The notes beneath the pieces were generated by a model that was not told the DNA's origin, did not search any database, and was given only the letters and a program-made list of their open reading frames with translations. From an uncultured Porphyromonadaceae bacterium (GTDB lineage: Bacteria; Bacteroidota; Bacteroidia; Bacteroidales; Muribaculaceae), in NCBI GenBank assembly GCA_902489785.1, contig CABUBG010000001.1, forward strand, positions 5,608 through 69,607: DNA of 64,000 nt, in the 5' to 3' direction. Each line of letters starts with the position of its first letter. The stretch's first letter is position 1. A program made the translations under genes and the position numbers. Of the stretch, positions 48,829 through 58,364 are shown piece after piece.

Positions 48829-49428
48829 TCAGCTTTCTAAAGTGACAATTCCATTTGTTACAAAATCGATAATGTCGTTGCACAACTTGTCGTAGTCCGA
48901 CGAATCCAACTCCGACGAATTCACCGTGAAATGATCTGTTGTCATAAAGATCAGCGACATCACCGACGGAAGTCGTTCGGCCTGCGCTTTGTCAAAAGCT
49001 CCTTCGGCAACGCCTTTGTTGAGCAATTCAATAAAAAGCGATTGCTCTTTCTTCCTTGCCATATCGTAGATGCGCTCGACACGGCGGGCATCACGGCTGA
49101 AAAGCGACCGGTAACGGTCGATATGGTTCTTGGGCTTGTTAAGGGTGTCGGAAATGACGTCGAAACGCTTTGACATATATTTACGGAATTTCTCCACCGG
49201 CGGAAGATCAGAGTCGACAATTGTGCGCAACTGACCTATGATGGCGTTGCTCTCGCTCTCTACGACAGCATTGAAGATCTCACGTTTGTTTTTGAAATAA
49301 GTGTAGATGGTGCGTCTGCCTTTGTCAGAGGCAGCAGCAATATCGTTCATCGTCGTATTCTCAACGCCTTTGTTGACAAACAACTGACGTGCCACCTCTA
49401 TTAATCTGTCGCGAGTTTTGCTTACCAT
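48829..49428 (-). CDS. TetR/AcrR-family transcriptional regulator
   Basis: 199 aa. N-terminal HTH ARQLFVNKGVENTTMNDIAAASDKGRRTIYTYFKNKREI. Confidence 0.85.
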   Translation of the reverse strand: MVSKTRDRLIEVARQLFVNKGVENTTMNDIAAASDKGRRTIYTYFKNKREIFNAVVESESNAIIGQLRTIVDSDLPPVEKFRKYMSKRFDVISDTLNKPKNHIDRYRSLFSRDARRVERIYDMARKKEQSLFIELLNKGVAEGAFDKAQAERLPSVMSLIFMTTDHFTVNSSELDSSDYDKLCNDIIDFVTNGIVTLES

Positions 49429-49580
49429 TCTGTTTCTGTGTGGAATCCTGACATTCCGTTTATCAATTCGCGAAATTACTCAAAATTTGCCGAATAACCT
49501 TACTGTTGCCCGAATTTCTTTGAATTATTGCCGGTAATTAGACTTATTTTTCGTATCTTCGTCAGCCTAATTTCTTTGCT

Positions 49581-50981
49581 ATGAGTCTTTACAAAACATA
49601 CCACCGGACCTTCCGCTATATCCCTTTTGCCTTCATCTTCTGCATTTTAGCGGTCCTCACTCCGGCTGTTCACTCGCAGGGCATCATGCGCTATGCCACT
49701 TCGGTCGAAGGCATCGAGGCCGACAAAATAGCCATCTACATCGAAAATCTCCGCACAGGCGAGGTTGTTCTCGACGTTAACGGCGAGGAACCTATGATCC
49801 CGGCAAGCACCACAAAACTCTTTACGGCCGCAACCGTTTTTCAGAATTGCGACCTCGATTCACGCTATGCCACCGAGATTCTGACCACCGGTAAATTACA
49901 TAAAGGTGTACTTAAAGGCAACATAATCATTAAGGCTTCGGGCGATCCCACCATCGGCTCTTCACATTTCACCGAATGTGGTTCATTGCCCGACAGCATC
50001 GTCGCAGCCATAATCCGGCAGGGAATCGAGACAATCGAGGGACGCATTATAATCGACAATCCGAAATGGCTCGATCAGGATGTGCCTTCGGGCTGGACCA
50101 ACGATGACATCAACTATCCCTACGGCACCGGACATCATCCGTTTAACTTCGCTGACAACCGGTTCACACTGCGCTTTTTACGCGACAGTTCCTACACGCT
50201 TTCCCCCGAGAATCCTTCTGTCACAATCAAAAAGACTTCCTCCAACGCCGGTGGCACCGTGTGGCGAAAACGCAACGACGTCATTTACAATGTCTGCTAT
50301 AATAAAAAGACACCCCTCGTTGTCGACCTCGCCAATCCATCGCCTGCGGGCTCTTTCATCGCCGTATTGCAGAACAAACTGACCGAAAGCGGCATAACCG
50401 TCGAAGAAAAGGATATCAAGAAAAAATCGCATGATCACGTGATCTACACGCATTATTCCCCCACGATATATGACATTCTGCGCAGCCTTGTGCTCCGCTC
50501 CGACAATATGATGGCCGAAGCGGCGCTCCGCTATGCCTATCCGGGCAAGGATCGCGAGAAAGCTGCCAAGGAAGAGGTTAAGCTTTGGAACAAACTTGGC
50601 ATCGACACCCGTGATATCGTGATTGAAGACGGCAGCGGACTGTCGCGAAACAACCGCATCACGGCTTATGTGATGGCCGATATACTTGCCTGGATGTGCG
50701 ATAACGACGAGAATTTCGTGCGGTTTTTGAACATGCTTCCGAAAGCGGGCGTTTCGGGAACCCTGAAATCATTCCTGAAAGGCACTCCCCTGCAGGGCCG
50801 GCTATGGGCCAAAACCGGAAGTCTCAACGGCGTGCAGTGCTACGCCGGTTATGCCGTGGACGCGGTCGGCGTGCCCACCCACATCGTTGTCATCATGGTC
50901 AATGGCTTTAAAGGATCACGAGCCGAAGTAAAAACCGTACTCCAGAATCTGCTAATTGAAAAATTGTGCGTAAATTTGTAG
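49581..50981 (+). CDS. dacB: D-alanyl-D-alanine carboxypeptidase/endopeptidase (PBP4 family)
   Basis: 466 aa. Signal peptide, SxxK as PASTTKLFT, SDN as RSDNMMAE, KTG as AKTGSL. Confidence 0.85.
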   Translation: MSLYKTYHRTFRYIPFAFIFCILAVLTPAVHSQGIMRYATSVEGIEADKIAIYIENLRTGEVVLDVNGEEPMIPASTTKLFTAATVFQNCDLDSRYATEILTTGKLHKGVLKGNIIIKASGDPTIGSSHFTECGSLPDSIVAAIIRQGIETIEGRIIIDNPKWLDQDVPSGWTNDDINYPYGTGHHPFNFADNRFTLRFLRDSSYTLSPENPSVTIKKTSSNAGGTVWRKRNDVIYNVCYNKKTPLVVDLANPSPAGSFIAVLQNKLTESGITVEEKDIKKKSHDHVIYTHYSPTIYDILRSLVLRSDNMMAEAALRYAYPGKDREKAAKEEVKLWNKLGIDTRDIVIEDGSGLSRNNRITAYVMADILAWMCDNDENFVRFLNMLPKAGVSGTLKSFLKGTPLQGRLWAKTGSLNGVQCYAGYAVDAVGVPTHIVVIMVNGFKGSRAEVKTVLQNLLIEKLCVNL

Positions 50982-50999
50982 CTCAAACATCTACCAACT

Positions 51000-51776
51000 A
51001 TGGCTATTGAACCGAAAGCATTGTTAGACGATTGCCTTGAACTCGAAGGCCTTATCGCGCTTATCATCCAACGTGAAAACCGGGTGCCCGATCATCTGTA
51101 TGATCTCATCGATAGAAAAATAGAGTCGATTAAATGCGACGCTGACTCGCTCCGCAACGGCCGGAAGAACCCCGTGACCATTGCTGACATCCCTGTCGCC
51201 GATGCCGAAGTGGCCGCATCAGTCGTCTTCGAAGAAAAATCGGATGCCGACGAAATGCCGCCGGAGGTTTCCGACCTTCCCGAACCTAAGGAAGAGCCGC
51301 AGGAAGAATCCGCCTCGGATACCCCGCTGAAAAATGAACCGTTGTATTGTCCCGTTGCTCATCGTAAAGCCGACGCCCCGGTTTGTGAAGTGGCTGAAGG
51401 TGCGGCCGGCGCCCCTGAGGATGCGACGGATCCCGTGGCTCAGCCCGAAAATGTCGAAGTTGTCGCTGAAGTAGTGGCCGTTGATGAAGACGAAACCGTC
51501 AAAGTGGAATCGCCCGACGTCACCTTCGGCAAAACCGGCGTCGTGATCAACGACATCCTTCAGCCCACCACGCTGTCGCTCAATGACCGCTTCCGCTTCC
51601 GCCGTGAGCTTTTCGACTACAGCGACGAGGATATGGACGAAGCTATCAAAATAGCCTCGGCCATGAGCTCGGCCGAAGAAGTGCAGGACTATTTCTACAA
51701 CGATCTTTGCTGGGACGAATCCGACCCGAATGTCGTTGATTTCATGCGCATTATCACCGCGCGCTTCAATAAGTGA
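51000..51776 (+). CDS. Acidic hypothetical protein with ordered termini and a disordered centre
   Basis: 258 aa, no TM or signal peptide. The central ~130 aa are rich in E/P/A/D/V. The C-terminal block LNDRFRFRRELFDYSDEDMDEAIK…VVDFMRIITARF looks folded and conserved. Confidence 0.5.
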   Translation: MAIEPKALLDDCLELEGLIALIIQRENRVPDHLYDLIDRKIESIKCDADSLRNGRKNPVTIADIPVADAEVAASVVFEEKSDADEMPPEVSDLPEPKEEPQEESASDTPLKNEPLYCPVAHRKADAPVCEVAEGAAGAPEDATDPVAQPENVEVVAEVVAVDEDETVKVESPDVTFGKTGVVINDILQPTTLSLNDRFRFRRELFDYSDEDMDEAIKIASAMSSAEEVQDYFYNDLCWDESDPNVVDFMRIITARFNK

Positions 51777-51785
51777 CCATTATTC

Positions 51786-52505
51786 ATGTCCGGAAAACTA
51801 TTTATTGTTCCAACTCCGGTTGGGAATCTTGACGATATGACGCCGCGGGCGCTTGAGACTCTCCGCTCATGTGACCTGATTCTGGCTGAGGACACCCGAA
51901 CATCCGGCGTGCTTCTGAAGCACTTCGGCATTGACACACCGCTGTTGAGCCACCATAAGTTCAACGAACACGCTACGGTTAATACCGTTGTCGACCAGTT
52001 GATTGCCGGGAAAAACATAGCACTCGTATCCGACGCGGGGACGCCCGGCATCAGCGATCCCGGCTTTATGCTTTCACGCGAATGCCGCCGCCATGACATC
52101 CCCGTCGAAACACTTCCGGGAGCCACGGCTTTCGTCCCGGCGCTTGTCAACTCGGGGCTGCCATGCGACCGTTTCTGCTTCGAGGGATTCCTTCCACCCA
52201 AAAAAGGACGCGCGACACGCCTTCAGGAGATAGCCGACGATTCCCGCACCACGGTCATCTACGAATCGCCGCTCAGGCTCGTCAAAACGCTGATGCAACT
52301 TGCAGAAGTGTGCGGCGGCAACCGTGACGCATCCGTTTCCCGCGAAATATCTAAAGTGCACGAAACCACCGTCAGAGGCACACTGTCGGAGCTGATAGCG
52401 TATTTTAACGAAAACAATCCCCGTGGCGAAATCGTTATTATTGTCGGCGGTAAGACCAAAGAAGAATCCGCCGTTCATAAGAATAAATATAAAAATGACG
52501 ATTAA
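51786..52505 (+). CDS. rsmI: 16S rRNA (cytidine1402-2'-O)-methyltransferase
   Basis: 239 aa. LFIVPTPVGNLDDMTPRAL, AEDTR, DAGTPGISDPG, FEGFLP. Confidence 0.9.
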   Translation: MSGKLFIVPTPVGNLDDMTPRALETLRSCDLILAEDTRTSGVLLKHFGIDTPLLSHHKFNEHATVNTVVDQLIAGKNIALVSDAGTPGISDPGFMLSRECRRHDIPVETLPGATAFVPALVNSGLPCDRFCFEGFLPPKKGRATRLQEIADDSRTTVIYESPLRLVKTLMQLAEVCGGNRDASVSREISKVHETTVRGTLSELIAYFNENNPRGEIVIIVGGKTKEESAVHKNKYKNDD

Positions 52506-52516
52506 CTGATTAAATT

Positions 52517-53395
52517 ATGCTGAACAAACATTTTATCATCATTCCTGTTTTAACCCTCGCAGCCGCCGTTTCCACAGGCTGTAAAGATGATCAGACAAAA
52601 GCTGAAGATCAGGCCGCTCAATCGGCTGATGCCGAAGCTCTTAATGCCGCGGCCGCTGAGAGAGACAGCCTTATAGCTCTGTTCAACGACATCGCCGGCG
52701 ATATGCAACAGATCAAAGCGATGGAATCTATTGTCGCTGTCCCGTCACAGATAGGCCAGGACGGCAGTGCCCGAACAATCACTATCCGCGACGACATCCA
52801 GGCATTGCGTATCTCCCTTCAGGAACGCCGCACCCGTCTTGATGAACTCGAAAAGAAATTGGCGCAGCAGAGCGGTAAAAACTCGCAGCTCAGCCAGATG
52901 ATAACAAACCTCCGTAGCCAGATCGAACAAAACGAAGCAACTATCGCTTCGCTCACCGACCAGCTCGCAGCCGCCAACATCACCATTTCGGAGCTCAACA
53001 CCACCGTCGATTCACTTAACGTAACCGTTGCCGATGCCAAAACCAAAAATGACGCATTGCAGCAGCAGACCGAAGATCTCACCAACGAAATCAACAAATG
53101 CTATTACGTAATCGGCAGCAACAAAGAGCTCAAGGAACACAAAATCATTGAGAAAGGCTTCCTTCGCAAGACCAAGATCATGCAGGGCGATTATGAATTG
53201 TCCTATTTCACCCGTGCCGACAAACGCACGCTCACTCAGCTACCTGCCTACAGCAAGAAACTCAAAGTTTGGTCGTCACAGCCCAAGGACAGTTACACCA
53301 TCACCACGGAGGCCAACGGAAACAAAGTGCTGAAAATCACCAATCCCTCAAAATTCTGGGCAGCCTCCAACTATCTTATCATTCAGACCGATTGA
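52517..53395 (+). CDS. Coiled-coil lipoprotein of unknown function
   Basis: 292 aa. Lipoprotein signal …AAAVSTGC, ~170 aa of heptad-like Q/L/E-rich sequence, and a C-terminal ~100-aa globular region. Confidence 0.6.
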   Translation: MLNKHFIIIPVLTLAAAVSTGCKDDQTKAEDQAAQSADAEALNAAAAERDSLIALFNDIAGDMQQIKAMESIVAVPSQIGQDGSARTITIRDDIQALRISLQERRTRLDELEKKLAQQSGKNSQLSQMITNLRSQIEQNEATIASLTDQLAAANITISELNTTVDSLNVTVADAKTKNDALQQQTEDLTNEINKCYYVIGSNKELKEHKIIEKGFLRKTKIMQGDYELSYFTRADKRTLTQLPAYSKKLKVWSSQPKDSYTITTEANGNKVLKITNPSKFWAASNYLIIQTD

Positions 53396-53413
53396 CATTG
53401 AGATTCATCATAG

Positions 53414-53443
53414 CGCCGGCAACATCAGTTGCCGGCGTTTTTT
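53414..53443 (+). terminator. Rho-independent terminator after the coiled-coil lipoprotein gene
   Basis: cgccggcaac-atca-gttgccggcg forms a perfect 10-bp GC-rich stem, followed by T6. Confidence 0.75.
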
Positions 53444-53576
53444 ATACTATCAGTTACGGCTGCTACCCGCTGTTAATCCAATAATTAGCTGCGTATATCC
53501 GAACCATCACTTCAATACGGTTGAAACCTGATGAAAATTGACGGTAAATAGTGGCGCGAATGCCAAAAAAAATCGC

Positions 53577-53584
53577 TAAATTTG
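53577..53584 (+). promoter_or_regulatory. -7 promoter box TAaaTTTG upstream of ftsY
   Basis: Exact TAnnTTTG, 27 nt upstream of the ATG at 53611. Confidence 0.45.
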
Positions 53585-53610
53585 CAAGCTAATTTTTACA
53601 ACCGATTCCA

Positions 53611-54573
53611 ATGGGGTTTTTCAACAAACTATTCTCAAAAGAAAAGAAGGCGACACTCGACAAAGGCCTCGAACGCACCAAAACCGGCGTGTTCGACAAG
53701 ATCACAAGAGCCCTTGCCGGTAAAAAACAGATCGATGATGATTTCCTCGACAATCTTGAAGAGATCTTTATCACTTCCGATGTCGGAGTCGACACGACTC
53801 TGAAAATCATTGACCGGCTTCAGAAGCGTGCAGCCCGAGACAAATATATCAGCACTTCCGAGCTCAACACATGGCTGTGTGAGGAAATCACCGGCCTGCT
53901 CGCCGAGAACAACAACGACACCGACGAGCCTGATTTCACCATACCGGCAGGCAAAAAGCCCTATGTCATCATGGTGGTGGGCGTCAACGGCGTCGGCAAG
54001 ACCACCACGATCGGCAAACTCGCCATGCAATATAAGAAAGCAGGCAACAAGGTGATGCTCGGCGCTGCCGACACATTCCGTGCCGCCGCCATCGAGCAGC
54101 TCGACGTGTGGGGCGAACGTGCCGGAGTGCCTGTGATCAAGCAGCGCCTGGGTGCCGATCCTGCCTCGGTGGCTTTCGACACACTTCAGAGCGCCAAGGC
54201 AAACGATGTCGATGTTGTGCTTATCGACACGGCCGGACGTCTCCACAACAAGAAAGGACTGATGGACGAGCTCACCAAGATCAAAAATGTTATGCAGAAA
54301 GTGGTGCCCGACGCTCCTCATGAAGTGCTTCTGGTGCTCGACGGCAGCACGGGTCAGAACGCGTTTGAACAGGCTCGCCATTTCGTTGCGGCCACACAGG
54401 TCAATCAACTGGCCATCACCAAGCTCGACGGCACGGCAAAAGGCGGTGTGGTCATCGGCATAAGCGACCAGTTTAAGATCCCCGTGAAATACATTGGCCT
54501 TGGCGAAGGTATCGACGACCTCCAGGTGTTTGACAAAAAAGAATTCGTCGATTCACTTTTTGGCAACCATTAA
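53611..54573 (+). CDS. ftsY: Signal recognition particle receptor FtsY
   Basis: 320 aa. SRP GTPase motifs GVNGVGKTTTIGK, DTAGR, TKLDGTAKGG. Confidence 0.93.
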   Translation: MGFFNKLFSKEKKATLDKGLERTKTGVFDKITRALAGKKQIDDDFLDNLEEIFITSDVGVDTTLKIIDRLQKRAARDKYISTSELNTWLCEEITGLLAENNNDTDEPDFTIPAGKKPYVIMVVGVNGVGKTTTIGKLAMQYKKAGNKVMLGAADTFRAAAIEQLDVWGERAGVPVIKQRLGADPASVAFDTLQSAKANDVDVVLIDTAGRLHNKKGLMDELTKIKNVMQKVVPDAPHEVLLVLDGSTGQNAFEQARHFVAATQVNQLAITKLDGTAKGGVVIGISDQFKIPVKYIGLGEGIDDLQVFDKKEFVDSLFGNH

Positions 54574-54576
54574 ACA

Positions 54577-55890
54577 ATGAGCCGCAAAAAAGTCAACGTG
54601 ATATCGCTCGGATGCTCAAAAAATCTGATTGATTCCGAGCGTATCATGAAAATGCTTGCCGACGCCGGATTCACGCCCACCCATAACGACTCTTTCGACT
54701 GTGGCGCCGATGTCACCGTGATCAACACGTGCGGATTCATCGGCGACGCTAAGGAAGAATCCGTCAACACCATCCTCGAAGCCATCGAGGCAAAACAGAG
54801 CGGCCTCACCGACCGTATCTTTGTGATGGGGTGCCTTTCGCAGCGTTATCGTCAGGAGCTGCCCGTTGAGATACCGGAGGTCGACGGATGGTTCGGCAAA
54901 ACCGACTGGGGCGGCATCGTTTCGTCGCTTGTCGGCAAATATCCCGCCACGGCATCCTACGACCGCATCATCACCACACCCCGCCATCATGCCTATCTGA
55001 AGATTGCCGAAGGGTGCAACCGCTTTTGCTCGTTCTGCGCCATCCCGCTCATCACCGGACGCTATCATTCGCGCTCGGAAGAGGAGATTGTCGACGAAGT
55101 GAAATCGCTCGTCGCCTCAGGCGTCAAGGAATTCAATGTCATCGCGCAGGACCTCACCAACTACGGCGTTGACCTTTACGGAAAGCAGCGCATAGCATCG
55201 TTGGTCGACAAAATAGCCAACGTGGATGGCGTCAGATGGATACGTCTGCACTATGCTTATCCCGCCGGCTTCCCCGATAATCTTCTCGATGTGATGTCCC
55301 TCCACGACAATGTGTGCAAATATCTCGACATCGCCCTTCAGCATGCATCGGATAAGGTGCTCGGCAATATGCGACGGCACATCACTTGTGAGGAAACGGA
55401 GCGCCTGCTGGACCGAATCCGCGAGAAAGTCCCCGGCATCCACATCCGCACAACGCTGATGGTGGGCTTCCCCGGTGAAGGGGAGGAGGAGTTCAATGAG
55501 CTGATGGAGTTCGCCGCTCGGCAACGATTCGAACGCATGGGCGCTTTCGCCTACTGTGAGGAAGAGGACACGTATGGCGCTAAGCATTTCTCCGACGACA
55601 TCCCCGAAGAGGTCAAGCAGAACCGGCTCGACCGCCTCATGGCGCTTCAGGAAGAGATTTCAAACGAGCACCAGCAGAGCAAGATAGGAAAGATCTTTAA
55701 AGTGATTGTCGACCGTGAGGAACCCGATTATTATGTCGGCCGAACCGAGTTCGACTCTCCGGAAGTGGATCCCGAAGTGCTCATCGAAAAAACTGCTAAA
55801 CTTAAAACAGGGGAGTTCTACGACGTTGAGATCACCGATGCTCTCCCGTTTGAATTAATTGCCAGACCGACCGATGTTTCTGCTCGATGA
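54577..55890 (+). CDS. rimO: Ribosomal protein S12 methylthiotransferase
   Basis: 437 aa. UPF0004 N-terminus (LGCSKN, NTCGF), radical-SAM CNRFCSFC, and a TRAM C-terminus. Confidence 0.92.
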   Translation: MSRKKVNVISLGCSKNLIDSERIMKMLADAGFTPTHNDSFDCGADVTVINTCGFIGDAKEESVNTILEAIEAKQSGLTDRIFVMGCLSQRYRQELPVEIPEVDGWFGKTDWGGIVSSLVGKYPATASYDRIITTPRHHAYLKIAEGCNRFCSFCAIPLITGRYHSRSEEEIVDEVKSLVASGVKEFNVIAQDLTNYGVDLYGKQRIASLVDKIANVDGVRWIRLHYAYPAGFPDNLLDVMSLHDNVCKYLDIALQHASDKVLGNMRRHITCEETERLLDRIREKVPGIHIRTTLMVGFPGEGEEEFNELMEFAARQRFERMGAFAYCEEEDTYGAKHFSDDIPEEVKQNRLDRLMALQEEISNEHQQSKIGKIFKVIVDREEPDYYVGRTEFDSPEVDPEVLIEKTAKLKTGEFYDVEITDALPFELIARPTDVSAR

Positions 55891-57004
55891 CGACATAAAG
55901 CATGCTATCAGCCTGTGCATCACGCATGGCATACCGTTTGCCGTGTATGCTATGCCGGGCGATGCGCATTGCTCGTTCATCGCCTCCGATCCGCGGCGGC
56001 ACACCGATGGCTGCGCCATCTCGCCTGCAGAAATCGACGGGTTCAACGGGTTTCTTTTCAACCGTTTTGAAGTAAATGATACCCTTCATGCCTATGGTAT
56101 CCGGCGCGAGCTTTCTTCCTCGGAAGCGATTGCCCTTGCCGACTCGCTTCCGGAGGTAAATGCATCCTCAACTACAGCCTATGAATCAACCGGCTACGAG
56201 TCATATCGCCGTCAGGTCGAATCCATAACCGCCGCCATCTCTTCCGAATCGGAGAAAGTAGTCCTGTCGCACGTCGTCACCATCCCGTCGTCACTGGATC
56301 CGGCAACGGTTGCCGACGCCTATTTCAGCAAGCACCCTTCCTGCTTCCGCTACATCTACTGCACTCCCGAATCGGATGTGTGGATTGGAGCCACGCCCGA
56401 GCTTTTGCTCTCAGTCGACCGTCTAAGCGGCGACATCACATCCATGTCACTCGCCGGCACCCGCCGCGCTGCCGACGACGAGCCCTGGGATCGCAAAAAC
56501 ACTCTTGAGCACAACATAGTCACTGATTATATCGTCGGCATCCTGACGCCTTTTTGCGATAGCGTGTCACGCCCGGAAAGAGCGCGTGTGAAATTCGGCG
56601 ATATCGAACACATGTGTCACCTCATCCGCGCAAAGGCCTCGCGCATCGACCTTCAGGCACTCCTGCCGCAACTGAGTCCCACTCCGGCCCTATGCGGTTA
56701 CCCGCGAGATAAAGCGATGGCTCTCATAACACAAAATGAACAGTTCCGGCGCAATTGCTACGGCGGTTTCGTCGGAGTAAGCAGTCCCGAACGCTCATCT
56801 TTCTTCGTCAATCTCCGCTGCGCTTTCACACAGCCGTTCGCAGGAAAGGATCCGCACACCTACACCCTCTACGGCGGCGGCGGGCTCACTTGCCATTCTT
56901 TGTCTGAAAGCGAATGGCTGGAAGCCAAATCCAAAATGGCCTCTCTCATAAATATTTTATCCGACCAATCTTCAAGATTATCATCATTCAGTCATGAAAC
57001 ATAA
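55874..57004 (+). CDS. menF: Isochorismate synthase (MenF-type chorismate-binding enzyme)
   Basis: LAGTRR, LSPTPALCGYP, YGGFVG, and GGGLT…SESEWLEAKSK, typical of the chorismate-binding family. ATG at 55874 overlaps the rimO 3' end by 17 nt. Confidence 0.8.
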   Translation: MFLLDDDIKHAISLCITHGIPFAVYAMPGDAHCSFIASDPRRHTDGCAISPAEIDGFNGFLFNRFEVNDTLHAYGIRRELSSSEAIALADSLPEVNASSTTAYESTGYESYRRQVESITAAISSESEKVVLSHVVTIPSSLDPATVADAYFSKHPSCFRYIYCTPESDVWIGATPELLLSVDRLSGDITSMSLAGTRRAADDEPWDRKNTLEHNIVTDYIVGILTPFCDSVSRPERARVKFGDIEHMCHLIRAKASRIDLQALLPQLSPTPALCGYPRDKAMALITQNEQFRRNCYGGFVGVSSPERSSFFVNLRCAFTQPFAGKDPHTYTLYGGGGLTCHSLSESEWLEAKSKMASLINILSDQSSRLSSFSHET

Positions 57005-58364
57005 CGCCTGGCGTATAGTAATCATAGTTTTTTCAGCAATAGCAATATTAATCGGCATCTCGTTCCTGCCCCTCAGCAAATGGACCGGAGGCCGAATCAG
57101 TGATTTCAATCTCTTTTCCGACATTCTCAACATCGGATTGCCGGAAGAAAAAGACATCTCGGGCGCAACCATCGACCCCTGCCTTGCCGAAGCGATTGAA
57201 GAAGATAAACGCAAGGTCGACACCACGCTTAATTCAATCGACAACAAGCCTTTGATTGCCGTTCAGCCCACCAAGCAGGGCGAGCAGGTGGTCATTGAGG
57301 ACTATACGGAATCCGGCCGCGGCCTTGAGCATCTCCGCAATGCGATTTCGTCTGACCGGCTTGCACGCATCGCCGTGATTGGCGACAGCTACATCGAAGG
57401 TGATATCCTGACCGAAGATCTGCGTGAATTCATGCAAAAACAATATGGCGGTACGGGCGTCGGCTACGTCAACATGTATTCCGAATTCCCCGGTTTCCGC
57501 AAAAGCGTGCGGCAGGGAGGCGGCAAAGGCTGGAAAGAATTTGCTGCAAACGGAAAATTCGACGATCGCTACATGGGCCTGACGCAGCATTATTACAAGC
57601 TTACGTCTCCGACCACTTCCACTTACAGCGGATCAAAATCTTTCGCCAATATCGACCGCTGGAACCGTTCGACATTCCTGTTCATATCCCCCGACTCCAC
57701 GCAGATTACGGTCGAAACAGCATCCGGCACCAAGACCTACGATATCAAAGGCTCCGAATCGCTGCAGGCCATTACCGTTGATGAAAATACCGACAAATTC
57801 AACGTCACGGCCAACAAAACATCATTGATCGCACTCGGTGTCTGGCTCTCCGACACCAAGGGCGTCAACGTCGACTGCATGTCGTCGCGCGGTTTTTCAG
57901 GTGTTACGCTTTCCAAAGTCAACACCGACCTTTCGGCTCAGATGTCGAAATATGTCAACTACGACCTCATAATCCTTGAATTCGGCATCAACGCAATGTC
58001 GGCCGGCCAAAAGAATTTCGACTCCTACCGTAAGCGCATGGAATCGGTGATCGTGCATGTCCGGCAGTGCTTCCCCAACGCCGACATCCTCATCATGGGC
58101 ATCGGCGACCGCGGTTCGAAACGCGGTACGGAGGTCCACTCCATGTCATCAGCCCAATATATGGTTGAAGCACAGCGCGAAGCCGCACGCCGCACTCGCA
58201 CCCTTTTCTGGGACACCCGCGAAGCAATGGGCGGCGAGGACGCCATCGTGCGCTGGACACGCGACGGCCTTGCCAACAAAGACTATATACACCTGAACCA
58301 TAAAGGCGGACGCGAACTTGCCACCCCGCTGTTCAAAGCAATTCAAATCAATCTCAATAAATGA
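56994..58364 (+). CDS. Membrane-anchored SGNH/GDSL hydrolase-fold protein
   Basis: 456 aa. N-terminal TM (IVIIVFSAIAILIGISFL). SGNH block I AVIGDSYIEGD, block III EFGINAM, block V DYIHLN. Overlaps menF by 11 nt. Confidence 0.7.
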   Translation: MKHNAWRIVIIVFSAIAILIGISFLPLSKWTGGRISDFNLFSDILNIGLPEEKDISGATIDPCLAEAIEEDKRKVDTTLNSIDNKPLIAVQPTKQGEQVVIEDYTESGRGLEHLRNAISSDRLARIAVIGDSYIEGDILTEDLREFMQKQYGGTGVGYVNMYSEFPGFRKSVRQGGGKGWKEFAANGKFDDRYMGLTQHYYKLTSPTTSTYSGSKSFANIDRWNRSTFLFISPDSTQITVETASGTKTYDIKGSESLQAITVDENTDKFNVTANKTSLIALGVWLSDTKGVNVDCMSSRGFSGVTLSKVNTDLSAQMSKYVNYDLIILEFGINAMSAGQKNFDSYRKRMESVIVHVRQCFPNADILIMGIGDRGSKRGTEVHSMSSAQYMVEAQREAARRTRTLFWDTREAMGGEDAIVRWTRDGLANKDYIHLNHKGGRELATPLFKAIQINLNK

